Under the pieces are notes generated by a model. It was given only the letters and a program-made list of their open reading frames with translations. It ran no database searches and was not told the DNA's origin. Positions 63,918-64,000 of a DNA stretch of 64,000 nucleotides are shown here, piece after piece. A program made the translations under genes and the position numbers. This DNA comes from Ramazzottius varieornatus (taxonomy: Eukaryota; Animalia; Tardigrada): contig BDGG01000003.1 in the NCBI GenBank assembly GCA_001949185.1, forward strand, positions 1,524,725 through 1,588,724. Direction: 5' to 3'. Position 1 is the stretch's first letter, and the number at the start of each line of letters is the position of its first letter.

Positions 63918-64000
63918 CTGTTGCCAAAATGTCTGACTGTTGCTCAGTTCTTAATCCACCTGTACAAAAGGATCACACACCGCTTTGAAGTTTTTGAGAC

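Noticed and set aside
1-64000. tRNA, rRNA or autonomous transposase/reverse transcriptase genes
   Set aside because: None recognisable by eye; tRNAscan/Infernal would be needed to exclude small RNAs.

Overview
Eukaryotic, gene-dense animal DNA with short GT-AG introns. The style is tardigrade-like, but that is an inference and not proven. Two 50-N gaps lie at 31625-31674 and 62164-62213. The first ~15 kb is a fast-evolving zone holding a receptor tyrosine kinase relic, a SPOP-like relic and four tandem paralogs. Each paralog has an unassigned ~120-aa N-terminal domain followed by 4/1/3/1 divergent BEN-like domains built from phase-1 exon modules. Next come a secreted catalase-fold gene and a run of housekeeping genes, mostly in head-to-head pairs: SHQ1, POLR2F, eIF1A, ELOVL, MAN1B1, PIGA, CDK2AP1, GUK1, RIC8, ANKRD45-like, EIF2B3, HAP40/F8A, NRBF2, PSMD7, LYRM4, PPP1R3/Gbs-76A-like, F-box, C6orf136, TBP and a CUB-domain gene. 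Several non-autonomous DNA transposons are present. The most striking non-coding signal is a ~123-bp intronic palindrome (12 units at 10 loci). Its inverted GTGGCGCAC half-sites are always exactly 25 nt apart despite heavy substitution, and it sits just before the last BEN exon in three of the four paralogs. Gene models and family calls are by eye and from remembered motifs; no searches were run.
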